A DNA stretch of 63,866 bases from a virus (taxonomy: Duplodnaviria; Caudoviricetes). The stretch is from positions 1-63,866 of IMG/VR virus record IMGVR_UViG_3300010368_000012. One strand, written 5' to 3'. Numbering within the stretch: the first letter of the stretch is position 1; each line of letters opens with the position of its first letter. Both the position numbers and the translations under genes were made by a program. Positions 37,592 to 47,123 of this stretch are shown one piece after another. The notes beneath the pieces are model-generated. The model saw only the letters and a program-made list of their open reading frames with translations. It was not told the DNA's origin and searched no databases.

Positions 37592-38464
37592 TCTCTTACA
37601 TACATCCTTGAATAGAGAATGAGATAACGTCTTGGCCATCCCGTGATGTAACGGTGATGGCCAATCGTTGTATGAACACCATTCAAACCCATCAACTTCC
37701 CAGTTCTCAGAAACATTGGGTTCAATCTCTGTTTCTATGATGGCGATGAATGTTGTGTATTTGAATTTGTCCGGTATCACATTCTCATGAACTAATATCA
37801 TATCTTTGATTTCAAGATGCATTCGGGTTTCTTCATGGGCTTCACGTACAGCGCCTTGTAACGGGCTTTCGTTACTATCTATAGCACCGCCCCATGTTCC
37901 CCATGTTCGTGGCTCTAGCACGGCCTCAGAGCGAAGGGATAGGCAGAACCGCTTGGTTGTCGTACAGAAGAATAGCACACCAGCACCTTCTTTACCCCAA
38001 TATCCAGTTTTGTTTAATTGTCTGGCATGATCTTCATCAGATTCGGTTATTGGAATTGGTTCCAATCGACCAAAGGTTTTTGAAGCCATATCTTTAAACT
38101 TGGCCATAGCATCATTATTACCACGAATACCAATCACACCATTATCATGATCGATACAACGATAGAGATTATATCTAGAAGACCATTCTCCATTAATCAA
38201 TGCTTCTCTATTAACACCAATAAAGAATTCACAACCGTTTCTTAATGTCTCAACCCAATCCAGACCAGCACCGACTGCCACGGTGCCATGATAATAATAC
38301 CATGCTGATGCTATAAACCATTCCCCGTTCAAGTATACACCGCGCCATCCACTCCTATCATTGAGTATACCGGCTGCTTCGCCGCGAGATACTTTAGCTA
38401 GAATTGGTGTTTTTTTATTGTGGCACTCTATCTTCTTTGATTCTATTAATCTATCAAACTTCAT
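37577..38464 (-). CDS. two-domain protein with C-terminal Nudix hydrolase; putative internal head protein
   Basis: Nudix box GAIDSNESPLQGAVREAHEET; MKFDRLIE leader; internal PITE site between domains. Confidence 0.8.
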   Translation of the reverse strand: MKFDRLIESKKIECHNKKTPILAKVSRGEAAGILNDRSGWRGVYLNGEWFIASAWYYYHGTVAVGAGLDWVETLRNGCEFFIGVNREALINGEWSSRYNLYRCIDHDNGVIGIRGNNDAMAKFKDMASKTFGRLEPIPITESDEDHARQLNKTGYWGKEGAGVLFFCTTTKRFCLSLRSEAVLEPRTWGTWGGAIDSNESPLQGAVREAHEETRMHLEIKDMILVHENVIPDKFKYTTFIAIIETEIEPNVSENWEVDGFEWCSYNDWPSPLHHGMAKTLSHSLFKDVCKRLLGD

Positions 38465-38798
38465 AATGACCACCCGCTTTTAACCATTCTTGTGATGGTG
38501 TATCACCGGAACCGTAATAATTACCACTGAGCCACCATTCCCATACACTAGAATCACCCATTTTTTTCATCACGGCGGGTCCATCAGTTCTATGGATGTT
38601 ACCGTTCCACCACCAAGTATCAAATCGTCCGTTGGGTAATTGGGACGCTGGACCATCAACCCGGTGTTTTTTACCATGTCTAAACCATCTCAAGGTTCCA
38701 TCATGTTGAACAATAGCGGGTCCATCAATTCTATGAAGATCACCGTTTTTATCATAATAAAAAACATTTACCTTCTGGACGACTTCTTTAAGCTTCAT
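38454..38798 (-). CDS. HRxDGPA-repeat protein
   Basis: Three repeats; MKLKEVVQ start; PSQEWLKAGGHYEV end. Confidence 0.8.
   Translation of the reverse strand: MKLKEVVQKVNVFYYDKNGDLHRIDGPAIVQHDGTLRWFRHGKKHRVDGPASQLPNGRFDTWWWNGNIHRTDGPAVMKKMGDSSVWEWWLSGNYYGSGDTPSQEWLKAGGHYEV
38461..38505 (-). repeat. ~45-bp gene-junction cassette, copy 1
   Basis: ACACCATCACAAGAATGGTTAAAAGCGGGTGGTCATTATGA; related copies at 42035, 43067, 44987. Confidence 0.8.
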
Positions 38799-38922
38799 AA
38801 CGATCCCCTGCATCTATCTGTGCCGGTCCATCAGGATTATGTAACCTTCCTTCTGGATCATAATAATAGATGTTGAGAAACCTATCACCACTTTCAGTTA
38901 TATAATGGTGTAATGGTTTCAT
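38788..38922 (-). CDS. 44-aa single-repeat HxxDGPA mini-gene or deletion remnant (not in ORF track)
   Basis: MKPLHHYITESGDRFLNIYYYDPEGRLHNPDGPAQIDAGDRYEA*; coupled to both neighbours. Confidence 0.7.
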   Translation of the reverse strand: MKPLHHYITESGDRFLNIYYYDPEGRLHNPDGPAQIDAGDRYEA

Positions 38923-40016
38923 CGTGGCATATCAATTATAGCTTTTTCAATTTGGCGATTATATTTATATGCAAACATTTTAGGAAGAACAAGTGGATCA
39001 ACGACTGGATCATCTGTAGCATCACGTAATTCGGAATCCATTGGTTCACCGTTGGTATCAAATCCCCATTGATGTCTCAACGAATCAGACAACTCTTCAA
39101 TCTCTTCTTCGTATTCATCACCTTCATCACCGCTATAATAATCTAGTGCCGCTGCTCTGAAAAACTCGTCAGAATGAGATTCATCGCGATAATACAATAA
39201 CCATTTCTCATTAGTAGCTTTTCGTAAAGAGATTATCAAATAAGCATCCGGCATCTCACCACGGGTTTTATAATCATCAAACATGTGCTTGCCGTTATTC
39301 TTAGCAGCAACACACCAACGTGTTCTCTTACCAAAATACGCCATGGCTTCATACGTATTGATTTCTGTTATAGACTCATCATCATCATCATAAATCAATT
39401 CAGCATCACCAGTTTCATAGAACCCATCTCGTATAGCCTTGTCATTATGTTTGTTACTCATACCAGAACCAGTATAATCTTCATATATAGCAACAGCTTC
39501 ACCAAAATTTTCCAATTGATAAAAATCCATTCTACCCAAATCTTGACACAATGTGATTAATTTCATTGCCTCTAATACTTTTGTCCGATCAATACCTTGA
39601 TTAACATATACATCATCTGGATTTTCTAACTCCTTCTTCACCTTAGCAAAGAACTTTGTCTTAACAGCTTCAATGTATACTGGTAATGCATCAGCAATAC
39701 GGGTTTGAACATCCTGTAATTTAAACATGTAACGAGGGTAGGCAGTATTCCGATCACTGACATAAGTTTTGATCAACCATAATACATATTTGTCATTAGG
39801 GGTTGGATCAACTTTTTTGAAAATAACCAACACTTTTGCTATTGCACCGAGTAGGATCGAACCCTTTAGGTCTTCTGGTTTATAAGAAGTGAAATTAGCA
39901 CCAGTTAACCACTTCATGTCACCATTAGCTATCAGCTTATCAACAATAGCTTTACCATAGTTCTCTAATGTCTTAGGACCATCGATCTTCTCAACAATAA
40001 TATCAGAAAGTCTCAT
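38919..40016 (-). CDS. putative internal head protein
   Basis: MRLSDIIVE leader; DPTPNDKYVLWL and GKRTRWCVA motifs; 365 aa. Confidence 0.7.
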   Translation of the reverse strand: MRLSDIIVEKIDGPKTLENYGKAIVDKLIANGDMKWLTGANFTSYKPEDLKGSILLGAIAKVLVIFKKVDPTPNDKYVLWLIKTYVSDRNTAYPRYMFKLQDVQTRIADALPVYIEAVKTKFFAKVKKELENPDDVYVNQGIDRTKVLEAMKLITLCQDLGRMDFYQLENFGEAVAIYEDYTGSGMSNKHNDKAIRDGFYETGDAELIYDDDDESITEINTYEAMAYFGKRTRWCVAAKNNGKHMFDDYKTRGEMPDAYLIISLRKATNEKWLLYYRDESHSDEFFRAAALDYYSGDEGDEYEEEIEELSDSLRHQWGFDTNGEPMDSELRDATDDPVVDPLVLPKMFAYKYNRQIEKAIIDMPR

Positions 40017-40471
40017 CGTAAAACATCACCCTCTTGTAATTCATTAAACGCTAATGTTAATTGATTATGTGCAATGTATGTAACTGATAAAGGTCCAAAA
40101 GTTCTAATCAGTGGTTGCATAAAATTGCGCATCTCGGTTTGATCATCTGTTTCAATTTCAATCACTTCTAACAACCAACCCGATACTGTTTTGAATATGA
40201 CCTTATTACCATGATCCATTGCATCGAGTTCATTCATGGTTGGTCCGAATATGAACAACACATTAGCTCTATTACCGGTTGCTGTCATTATGTTCCCATG
40301 GTAATATGTGAGAGCATCACCAATATCAATACCCTTCGCATCAGAGACTCCACGAATACCAGCAGGCCATGTTGTCATAATGAACGGCACATTGGTTTTA
40401 CGAATACCGGACAGAATATAACCGCGAGTTGTTTCAATTCGCTTTGCTTCAAATAATGCTTCTAATTTCAT
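40013..40471 (-). CDS. putative internal head protein
   Basis: MKLEALFE leader; ATGA coupling. Confidence 0.7.
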   Translation of the reverse strand: MKLEALFEAKRIETTRGYILSGIRKTNVPFIMTTWPAGIRGVSDAKGIDIGDALTYYHGNIMTATGNRANVLFIFGPTMNELDAMDHGNKVIFKTVSGWLLEVIEIETDDQTEMRNFMQPLIRTFGPLSVTYIAHNQLTLAFNELQEGDVLR

Positions 40472-41277
40472 GATGTATACCTCGGGTCATTTACTAACTC
40501 ATCAGACTTCTTATCAAATTCATTCAAAATATTGTCATGCACCGCTTTGACTTCTTCATCTGTTGCACGTTCATCTAATCCGCATTTTAATGTAAGGATG
40601 TGTTCGCGTGTCAGTTCATTGAATTTAAAACGCACACGTCTTTGTACAGCAAGTAAAATACTATTTCTATGACCTTTACCCATGTAACCATTGTCAATAA
40701 AATCATTGACACGTAATACAAGTTGTTGAAAGGTTAATAGTCTATAGTTTGTAGGTAGCTTGCCCGGAGTATATGTACTAATAACCATTTCTAATAATTC
40801 GGAATGAAGTCTTATTATAAAACTGTCACTCACTCCTTCATCCAAAGCAGTGGCACCCAATGGTGTTCCCTTGAACCACCACGATTTAATAACACCGAGT
40901 GTGCCATCGGTTTTAATGTGAAATCTAAGTAGTGCAGGATGAGTTTCAGAATGATATGTCATAGAATTATGGAACGAGGCCCGTGTATTCGGTGAAATCC
41001 AACCCATTTTAATAATAGTTCCATCGTCTTTTTTAACTTCAATCAAGGTGGGCAAATCACCCCAACCATCTAAATTGCGATCAAATATTATTCGATTGTT
41101 ACCAGTACCGTATTGCAATCGGTCTTGAGTGTTATACCAGCCTTCAGTATAACCGGGGTTCAATATGATTTTATGCTTACGTGCCCATTCATCAGTTCCA
41201 TCATAGGTTCTGACAATAGCTAGAGCTTGCGCGTAATTAGACTTGTTTGATTCGGTTATGATATGTTTTAATCGCAT
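40468..41277 (-). CDS. putative internal head protein with degenerate repeat
   Basis: MRLKHIITE leader; YHSETHPA degenerate repeat. Confidence 0.7.
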   Translation of the reverse strand: MRLKHIITESNKSNYAQALAIVRTYDGTDEWARKHKIILNPGYTEGWYNTQDRLQYGTGNNRIIFDRNLDGWGDLPTLIEVKKDDGTIIKMGWISPNTRASFHNSMTYHSETHPALLRFHIKTDGTLGVIKSWWFKGTPLGATALDEGVSDSFIIRLHSELLEMVISTYTPGKLPTNYRLLTFQQLVLRVNDFIDNGYMGKGHRNSILLAVQRRVRFKFNELTREHILTLKCGLDERATDEEVKAVHDNILNEFDKKSDELVNDPRYTS

Positions 41278-42038
41278 CAGTCACCCCATTTAGGATATTT
41301 AGAGGCAGCTTCTTTAAACCCTTCAGGTGGTTCCATGTCTAATGAAAACACATGGTTGTATATCGTGTATTCTCCTAGTTCCTTGCCATCCAAATACCAT
41401 GCAAGGCCATCCGGTTTACCGCTTTCATCATAATCAATATGGGCTGGTCCAGTTGTTCTATGAAGGTGACTATTGTTATAATAAGCTGTTCTTCTAATAT
41501 TACCGTTCTCCCAGTATGTTTCTAAAGCAGGGCCATCTTCTCTATGTAAAAAGCCACCGTGGCCAACTGGTCCAAGTTTTGCATATCTGTTTAATACTTT
41601 ACCATTTCTTTGATACTCAATCATTGAATACCATTTTTCCTGTGGTTTATATTCTCCCAAAATCATCCAAGTTTGTTCTCTTATTTGTGAACGATCATTA
41701 TCAAACCATGATGTGAAAGCGGGTCCGTTTTCTCTATGGGTTTGATAATGATTACTCCAACGTTCACAATGCGCATTAGGGGTTGTTCCTATTTGTGCAG
41801 GGCCATCTTCTCTATGAAGTTCTCCGTTTTGCATATAAGTTATTACTTCGCCGCCCATAGTACGTTTTTCTATTTTGGCAGGCCCGTTATCATTATGGCG
41901 AATACCATGAATATACCAACTGATTTCATTTTTTGTTATAATAGCTGGACCATCGGGATTATGATAATCTTCGTTCTCATCAAACCAATATTCTTTGAAG
42001 CCGCGATACTTCCATTCTGCGATATCTTTAAGCTTCAT
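41277..42038 (-). CDS. HRxDGPA-repeat protein
   Basis: About six repeats; MKLKDIAE leader. Confidence 0.8.
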   Translation of the reverse strand: MKLKDIAEWKYRGFKEYWFDENEDYHNPDGPAIITKNEISWYIHGIRHNDNGPAKIEKRTMGGEVITYMQNGELHREDGPAQIGTTPNAHCERWSNHYQTHRENGPAFTSWFDNDRSQIREQTWMILGEYKPQEKWYSMIEYQRNGKVLNRYAKLGPVGHGGFLHREDGPALETYWENGNIRRTAYYNNSHLHRTTGPAHIDYDESGKPDGLAWYLDGKELGEYTIYNHVFSLDMEPPEGFKEAASKYPKWGD

Positions 42039-42636
42039 AATGACCACCCATGTCTAACCATTCTTGTGGCGGTGTATCATTAACGCCAAAATTGCGACCA
42101 CGCCAATACCAAATAAAATTACCATCATGCCAAATAATAGCAGGCCCATCTTCTCTATGAAGTTGTCCGTTATACCACCATTCTTTAGTACCATTAGATT
42201 TAATATAAGCAGGTCCACCTACACGATTTAGTTCCCCATGATTATACCAAGCTTTAGTACCATCCTTCCAAGACAATGCAGGACCACCTTGTCTATGGCG
42301 TAATCCTTCATAGAACCATTCTTCACCGCCATCACTCCATATGATTGCAGGCCCATCTGTACGATGCTTTTGATCTTTGATAAACCACTCTTGGGTTCCA
42401 TCATAATCAATGCGTGCTGGACCATCTTCACGATGTTTTTTATTACGGTGATACCACACCTTAGTGCCGTCAGCTTCTATACGAGCGGGTCCATCATCTC
42501 TATGACGCCAACCATTATAATACCAATCTTCAGAACCATCAGCCATAATCACGGCAGGACCATCTGTACGATGCTTCTTACCAATCTTGTTATAATAATA
42601 GATGTTGAATCGTTGAACGACTTCGGTAAGCTTCAT
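42028..42636 (-). CDS. HRxDGPA-repeat protein
   Basis: Seven 23-aa repeats; MKLTEVVQRFNIYYY start; PPQEWLDMGGHYEA end. Confidence 0.85.
   Translation of the reverse strand: MKLTEVVQRFNIYYYNKIGKKHRTDGPAVIMADGSEDWYYNGWRHRDDGPARIEADGTKVWYHRNKKHREDGPARIDYDGTQEWFIKDQKHRTDGPAIIWSDGGEEWFYEGLRHRQGGPALSWKDGTKAWYNHGELNRVGGPAYIKSNGTKEWWYNGQLHREDGPAIIWHDGNFIWYWRGRNFGVNDTPPQEWLDMGGHYEA
42035..42079 (-). repeat. ~45-bp gene-junction cassette, copy 2
   Basis: ACACCGCCACAAGAATGGTTAGACATGGGTGGTCATTATGA. Confidence 0.8.
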
Positions 42637-43070
42637 CCCATGCCGTCCGCTTCTAATTTATCCAATAGATCATGTAATCTTTGTTTGTCTGCTTTAATAA
42701 CTTCTCTAAAATGGTTCTTAAGGTATTTGATAATTCTGGGGGTCATATATCCATTCTTATCAAGAGCATCTATAGCATCATCCATTACTTCAACGCGTTG
42801 TGGATCACGTACATGTTTTTTATAATCAGTAATTTGACCCCATTTCTTTTTATGATATCTGTACAAAGCCGCCGTAAATGAGAACATCACCGCGCCCAAA
42901 TCCCTTGATGGTATCATATCATATGCTATCAAACCACCATCAATATAATAAGCACTAGTATTGTTGCCATGATGTATAGCGGCAGGACCATCTAAACGAT
43001 GCTTCTCGCCTTCTTTGTTAAACCATATTTCACTTATGAATCTTCGGTCCATTACTTCTTTAAGTTTCAT
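42633..43070 (-). CDS. single HRxDGPA repeat plus helical domain
   Basis: MKLKEVMD leader; KHRLDGPA. Confidence 0.75.
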   Translation of the reverse strand: MKLKEVMDRRFISEIWFNKEGEKHRLDGPAAIHHGNNTSAYYIDGGLIAYDMIPSRDLGAVMFSFTAALYRYHKKKWGQITDYKKHVRDPQRVEVMDDAIDALDKNGYMTPRIIKYLKNHFREVIKADKQRLHDLLDKLEADGMG

Positions 43071-43902
43071 AATGACCACCTGCATCTAACCATTCTTGGG
43101 ACGGCGTGTCTGATGGTCCTGTAATTTTGTCATCAATACCCCAAAACTTTAATACAGTGCGGTGTACTTTGATGACCAAACACGGTCCATCTAATCGACT
43201 AATCATACGACCTTGTACCCATACGGATAAACTTTCTTCTTTATCCGTTCCAGCTAGACTCGTTCTATCAATAATAATCGATGGTAGATTATTACCACGA
43301 CGCGGTGAATAAGACCCGACTACGGCTTCATCCTTCCATACTCGTGTTCGATATGATGAATAAGGTTGGCGATATGGTGAGTACTCATTTAAATATCGTG
43401 ATAGATTCATTTGCTTCAATCTCGTGGAAATCAGACCGGTCAACGTGGAAACACTATCATTGAAACTTAGTCCATTATCCCTATATATAACAGGCGTGAT
43501 AGAGTCACCGTTCTCTCGTCGGTTCAATACCATTTTACCCGTCTTTGTTTCCCGCCATATTTCTTTATTACCTTCTGGGTTACCTACAATTTCACCATTC
43601 ATAAACCATGTCTCTTTATCAATAAGTTTTCTAGGTAGACCATAATTAGAAATAGTGGCGCGGTGTATACTTGCTGGCCCCTCGATCACGTCACGGTGCA
43701 GTTGACCATGGTCCATCCATGTTGTGACATGCTTGGTTATAATAGCAGGACCATCAGAACGATGTTCTTCACCATCCTTATCAAAATATGTTATTTCTTT
43801 TATTGGGCGACCATCAGACATAGTTCCGCGTTCTTTCTGATAATAAGCGAACTCTTTATCAGCATCTTCTTTGGTGTAAGGTTTTAAATTACTAAGCTTC
43901 AT
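43060..43902 (-). CDS. degenerate HRxDGPA-repeat protein
   Basis: HRSDGPA, HRDVIEGPA, SRLDGPC; PSQEWLDAGGHYET end. Confidence 0.75.
   Translation of the reverse strand: MKLSNLKPYTKEDADKEFAYYQKERGTMSDGRPIKEITYFDKDGEEHRSDGPAIITKHVTTWMDHGQLHRDVIEGPASIHRATISNYGLPRKLIDKETWFMNGEIVGNPEGNKEIWRETKTGKMVLNRRENGDSITPVIYRDNGLSFNDSVSTLTGLISTRLKQMNLSRYLNEYSPYRQPYSSYRTRVWKDEAVVGSYSPRRGNNLPSIIIDRTSLAGTDKEESLSVWVQGRMISRLDGPCLVIKVHRTVLKFWGIDDKITGPSDTPSQEWLDAGGHYET
43067..43111 (-). repeat. ~45-bp gene-junction cassette, copy 3
   Basis: ACGCCGTCCCAAGAATGGTTAGATGCAGGTGGTCATTATGA. Confidence 0.8.
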
Positions 43903-44990
43903 CTATCTTCCCCAAACCATTCTTCAATATGTTTTTTCAACTTGGCACGATGTTCTTCATTATCATAACCAAGTTTGATCAGATTGTTTAATACATCCAT
44001 CACCTGTTGCTTGTTATATGGATGATAACGATCATGTGTTAGCCGCCACAAAAAATCGAGAGGTATTTTATTATTGGACATATCATTAAAATGATACTGA
44101 CCACCAAACTCACAAAAATACCCATTAACATACCATTGCGCCGTATATGATCCGAACCGTTTGTGTTCTATTACTGCTGGTCCATCCAATCGATGTTCTT
44201 CATCATTCGCATTATACCAACGATAATTGACAAATTGTCCTTCATCATTCTTTGCTTCTGATAAAGCAGCTTGTCTTTTCTCTAGTCTCTTAACATCTGC
44301 ATCACTTCGGTTAGTATTCTCGTGATCCAATGGATCAACATGATACACATCAACTATATTCAATTTGTTCAATGATTTGCTTAATACCAAATAACAGGTT
44401 TTATCAACAGCATTCTTTGCTTCTGATCCCCAACTGTTTTCGTAAATGAAACCATCATATTTAAATTCACTGAATAGTTCACCAGACGCAAACATCTTTT
44501 TAATATTAGAACGAGATACACCTTTTAGTTCCGGTAATAGATCATACAGAATGCCAGCTTTTTTAAGATGACGAAACAACTCTTGATAAGACCATTCAAC
44601 AATGTCAGATACTTTCAGTAATGGTCTTAGATCAAGGAAATGTAATCCGTTCGCATTAACCGCATAAAGATATGAATATTTGGTTTCACGTTTTGGACTG
44701 ATCATGTCTAATAGAAAACCACCAACCCCATCACGTTTTACTCTTTGATGCGTACCATCATGAAGATGCGAACCCCAATCAGATGATGATCCAATTGCTG
44801 TAAACCATGAAGCCAACGCGGCGTCTGATGCAAAATGAATTCCCAAGTTCTGAGAAGCTACAGATGATTTGAACGAAGTGAACTTATTGCGTGATCCATG
44901 GAAAAGCATACCCCTATGAGATGACGCCCACGCCTTGACTTCTTCTAATGGCTTTTCGTAAAGATGTTCGAATAGATTATTAAGCCTCAT
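43899..44990 (-). CDS. ADP-ribosyltransferase-like domain (ART-PolyVal type) fused to an HRxDGPA module
   Basis: LFHGS..F..F, LGIHFAS...A..F, YDGFIYEN..GSE...YLV motifs; MRLNNLFE leader; LSE site before the C-terminal HRLDGPA domain. Confidence 0.6.
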   Translation of the reverse strand: MRLNNLFEHLYEKPLEEVKAWASSHRGMLFHGSRNKFTSFKSSVASQNLGIHFASDAALASWFTAIGSSSDWGSHLHDGTHQRVKRDGVGGFLLDMISPKRETKYSYLYAVNANGLHFLDLRPLLKVSDIVEWSYQELFRHLKKAGILYDLLPELKGVSRSNIKKMFASGELFSEFKYDGFIYENSWGSEAKNAVDKTCYLVLSKSLNKLNIVDVYHVDPLDHENTNRSDADVKRLEKRQAALSEAKNDEGQFVNYRWYNANDEEHRLDGPAVIEHKRFGSYTAQWYVNGYFCEFGGQYHFNDMSNNKIPLDFLWRLTHDRYHPYNKQQVMDVLNNLIKLGYDNEEHRAKLKKHIEEWFGEDR

Positions 44991-45726
44991 AGTGACCACC
45001 TGCATCAAACCATTCTTGTGGCGGCGTGGCTTTGTCACCATAACAATGATATCTAAGCCACCATTCTACAGTGCCATCAGCTCTTACAGTAGCAGGACCA
45101 TCTTCTCTGTGCATCTGACCATGTTTAAACCAATATTGATTACCATCAGCTCTTACAGTAGCAGGACCATCTTCTCTGTGCATCTGATCATGTTTAAACC
45201 AATATTGATTACCATCGGAACTGATAACCGCTGGACCATCATCCCTATGATAACTCCCATTTTGATACCAAGCTTTAAACCCATCATATCTTATGATAGC
45301 TGGTCCATCATCTCTATGATGATTACCCTTACGCCACCATTCCTTAGTTCCATTGGCTTCTATAACAGCTGGTCCATCTTTTCTATCGCGCTGACCTTTT
45401 GTAAACCATTCCTTGGAACCATCTGGTTTTGTAATGGCAGGACCATTTTCTCTATGACGTATGTTTTCAAAATACCACTGTTCCGAACCATCAGCGCCTA
45501 TGAGGGCGGGTCCATCTATTCGATGCAGTCGGCCATGTTGATACCAACCATCACCACCACGTGTACCTGTGGTGGCAGGACCATCATCCCTATGAAGATC
45601 ACCATGAATATACCAAGCTTTATATCCAGTAGCGTCTACAACAGCCGGGCCATCAGATCGGTGACCACGATCTTTCTCATCATAATAATAGATGTTGAAT
45701 CGTTGAACGACTTCTTTAAGCTTCAT
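44980..45726 (-). CDS. HRxDGPA-repeat protein
   Basis: Nine 23-aa repeats; MKLKEVVQRFNIYYY start; PPQEWFDAGGHYEA end. Confidence 0.85.
   Translation of the reverse strand: MKLKEVVQRFNIYYYDEKDRGHRSDGPAVVDATGYKAWYIHGDLHRDDGPATTGTRGGDGWYQHGRLHRIDGPALIGADGSEQWYFENIRHRENGPAITKPDGSKEWFTKGQRDRKDGPAVIEANGTKEWWRKGNHHRDDGPAIIRYDGFKAWYQNGSYHRDDGPAVISSDGNQYWFKHDQMHREDGPATVRADGNQYWFKHGQMHREDGPATVRADGTVEWWLRYHCYGDKATPPQEWFDAGGHYEA
44987..45031 (-). repeat. ~45-bp gene-junction cassette, copy 4
   Basis: ACGCCGCCACAAGAATGGTTTGATGCAGGTGGTCACTATGA. Confidence 0.8.
45074..45216. repeat. near-perfect 69-bp tandem duplication (one protein repeat unit)
   Basis: Units start at 45074 and 45143 and differ at one base (HDQ vs HGQ). 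Confidence 0.9.
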
Positions 45727-46103
45727 GGCTCTTCCCTCACGGTTTTGCCATCAATACCAGTAGGATGTTGTGCGAAGTGTGACCATAGTGCTGGCAACCA
45801 TCCACCCGGCATCACACCAGCGGCAACAGTAGCTCTAAAACCATAACCCGGTCCTAAACACCATTGTGATCTTCCGTCATCACTTTTATCTATCTGTGCC
45901 GGTCCATCATAGCGGTGATAATGTGCTTGCCATAACCATGCTTCGAAATCCTTACGGATAACCGCAGGCCCATTGGGATTATGATGAAGACCATGGTCAA
46001 ACCATTCTTGGTCACCATTCGCCGAAATTTCGGCTGGTCCATCAGAACGATGCTGCTCGCCATCAGGGTCATAATAATAGATGCTATACTTTTGGTTCAT
46101 CAT
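45723..46103 (-). CDS. HRxDGPA-repeat protein with truncated W..HF...GIDG domain
   Basis: Three repeats; ends WLPALWSHF..GIDGKTVREEP. Confidence 0.75.
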   Translation of the reverse strand: MMNQKYSIYYYDPDGEQHRSDGPAEISANGDQEWFDHGLHHNPNGPAVIRKDFEAWLWQAHYHRYDGPAQIDKSDDGRSQWCLGPGYGFRATVAAGVMPGGWLPALWSHFAQHPTGIDGKTVREEP

Positions 46104-47119
46104 AATCTCCCAACAAACATAATATCAATTTTATTGATATTATGTTGTTGATTATCTTCGTCACCATAACCAAGATAAGCCAAATGATGTAATTGTTCTA
46201 ATACTTCTGCATGAGTATATGAATTCATTTTGAGTCTTCTGAAAAACGAACTCGGTACATTAGGTTTTGTCGTACCGGTGCTATGATCCAATCCACAAAA
46301 AGTATCACCAACCCACCACTGACATTCATATTTATTGGGTGTGACCATATGTATTTTAGCCGGTCCACCTATACGATGTACTTCACCATGTTGATTAAAG
46401 TATATAATACGGTGTTTAGCCCCATTGATTACCAATCCATCCAAATCAGTTTTAGCAGATTCATTAATAGGTTCTTTATAATGAATTGCCGCATCATAGA
46501 ACGCATCCACAACGCGCCAGAGTTCACCGGATAACATTGACTTTAGTTCTTCATCTTTATCCATGATCTTCCAAACAGCACGCGCCTTATCAGCCATACT
46601 TTGATCAATGTAATCTTTATCGGTTAATGATGTTAAGGCGCTATCCCGTGTAGTTACACCATCAATACCAATAGCATCAGGACCACCAAGTTTATTGAAG
46701 TGGAACCATAGAAGCGGTAACCATCTTCGTGGTAGATCGCCCGGATAATCAAATATTGGAGGGAAACCATGGATCGCCCAATTGTTTTCTTGATATGGCC
46801 CATCATAGCGATGTCGTTTAGCATCAAACCAATACTCTTCGGTCTGAGTTTCATGATCAATCTTTGCCGGTTTATTACCGTCACGATGTAGATGGCCGCC
46901 TAGATAATAAGCTTCCTGTGCAACATGGCCAGACGAATCATATTCAATGGTCGCAGGCTTATCACCGATGCGATGAACAACACCATGAACATAATAGGAT
47001 TCAAATATTTTCTTACCAGTGTGAGAACTATATAGAACGAAAGCCGGTCCACCTATACGATGCCGCTCATCATTCTTATTGAAATAAATTTCGCGAATAC
47101 CGTTATCATTCAATTCCAT
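46100..47119 (-). CDS. two-module HRxxGPA-repeat protein
   Basis: Four repeats plus W..HF..GIDG domain, INE site, then a second repeat/helical module; ATAAATA 5 nt upstream. Confidence 0.8.
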   Translation of the reverse strand: MELNDNGIREIYFNKNDERHRIGGPAFVLYSSHTGKKIFESYYVHGVVHRIGDKPATIEYDSSGHVAQEAYYLGGHLHRDGNKPAKIDHETQTEEYWFDAKRHRYDGPYQENNWAIHGFPPIFDYPGDLPRRWLPLLWFHFNKLGGPDAIGIDGVTTRDSALTSLTDKDYIDQSMADKARAVWKIMDKDEELKSMLSGELWRVVDAFYDAAIHYKEPINESAKTDLDGLVINGAKHRIIYFNQHGEVHRIGGPAKIHMVTPNKYECQWWVGDTFCGLDHSTGTTKPNVPSSFFRRLKMNSYTHAEVLEQLHHLAYLGYGDEDNQQHNINKIDIMFVGRL

Positions 47120-47123
47120 GGAT

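Noticed and set aside
44992-45846. 284-aa plus-strand ORF
   Set aside because: Antisense shadow of the repeat gene, with no RBS and periodicity that mirrors the minus-strand repeats
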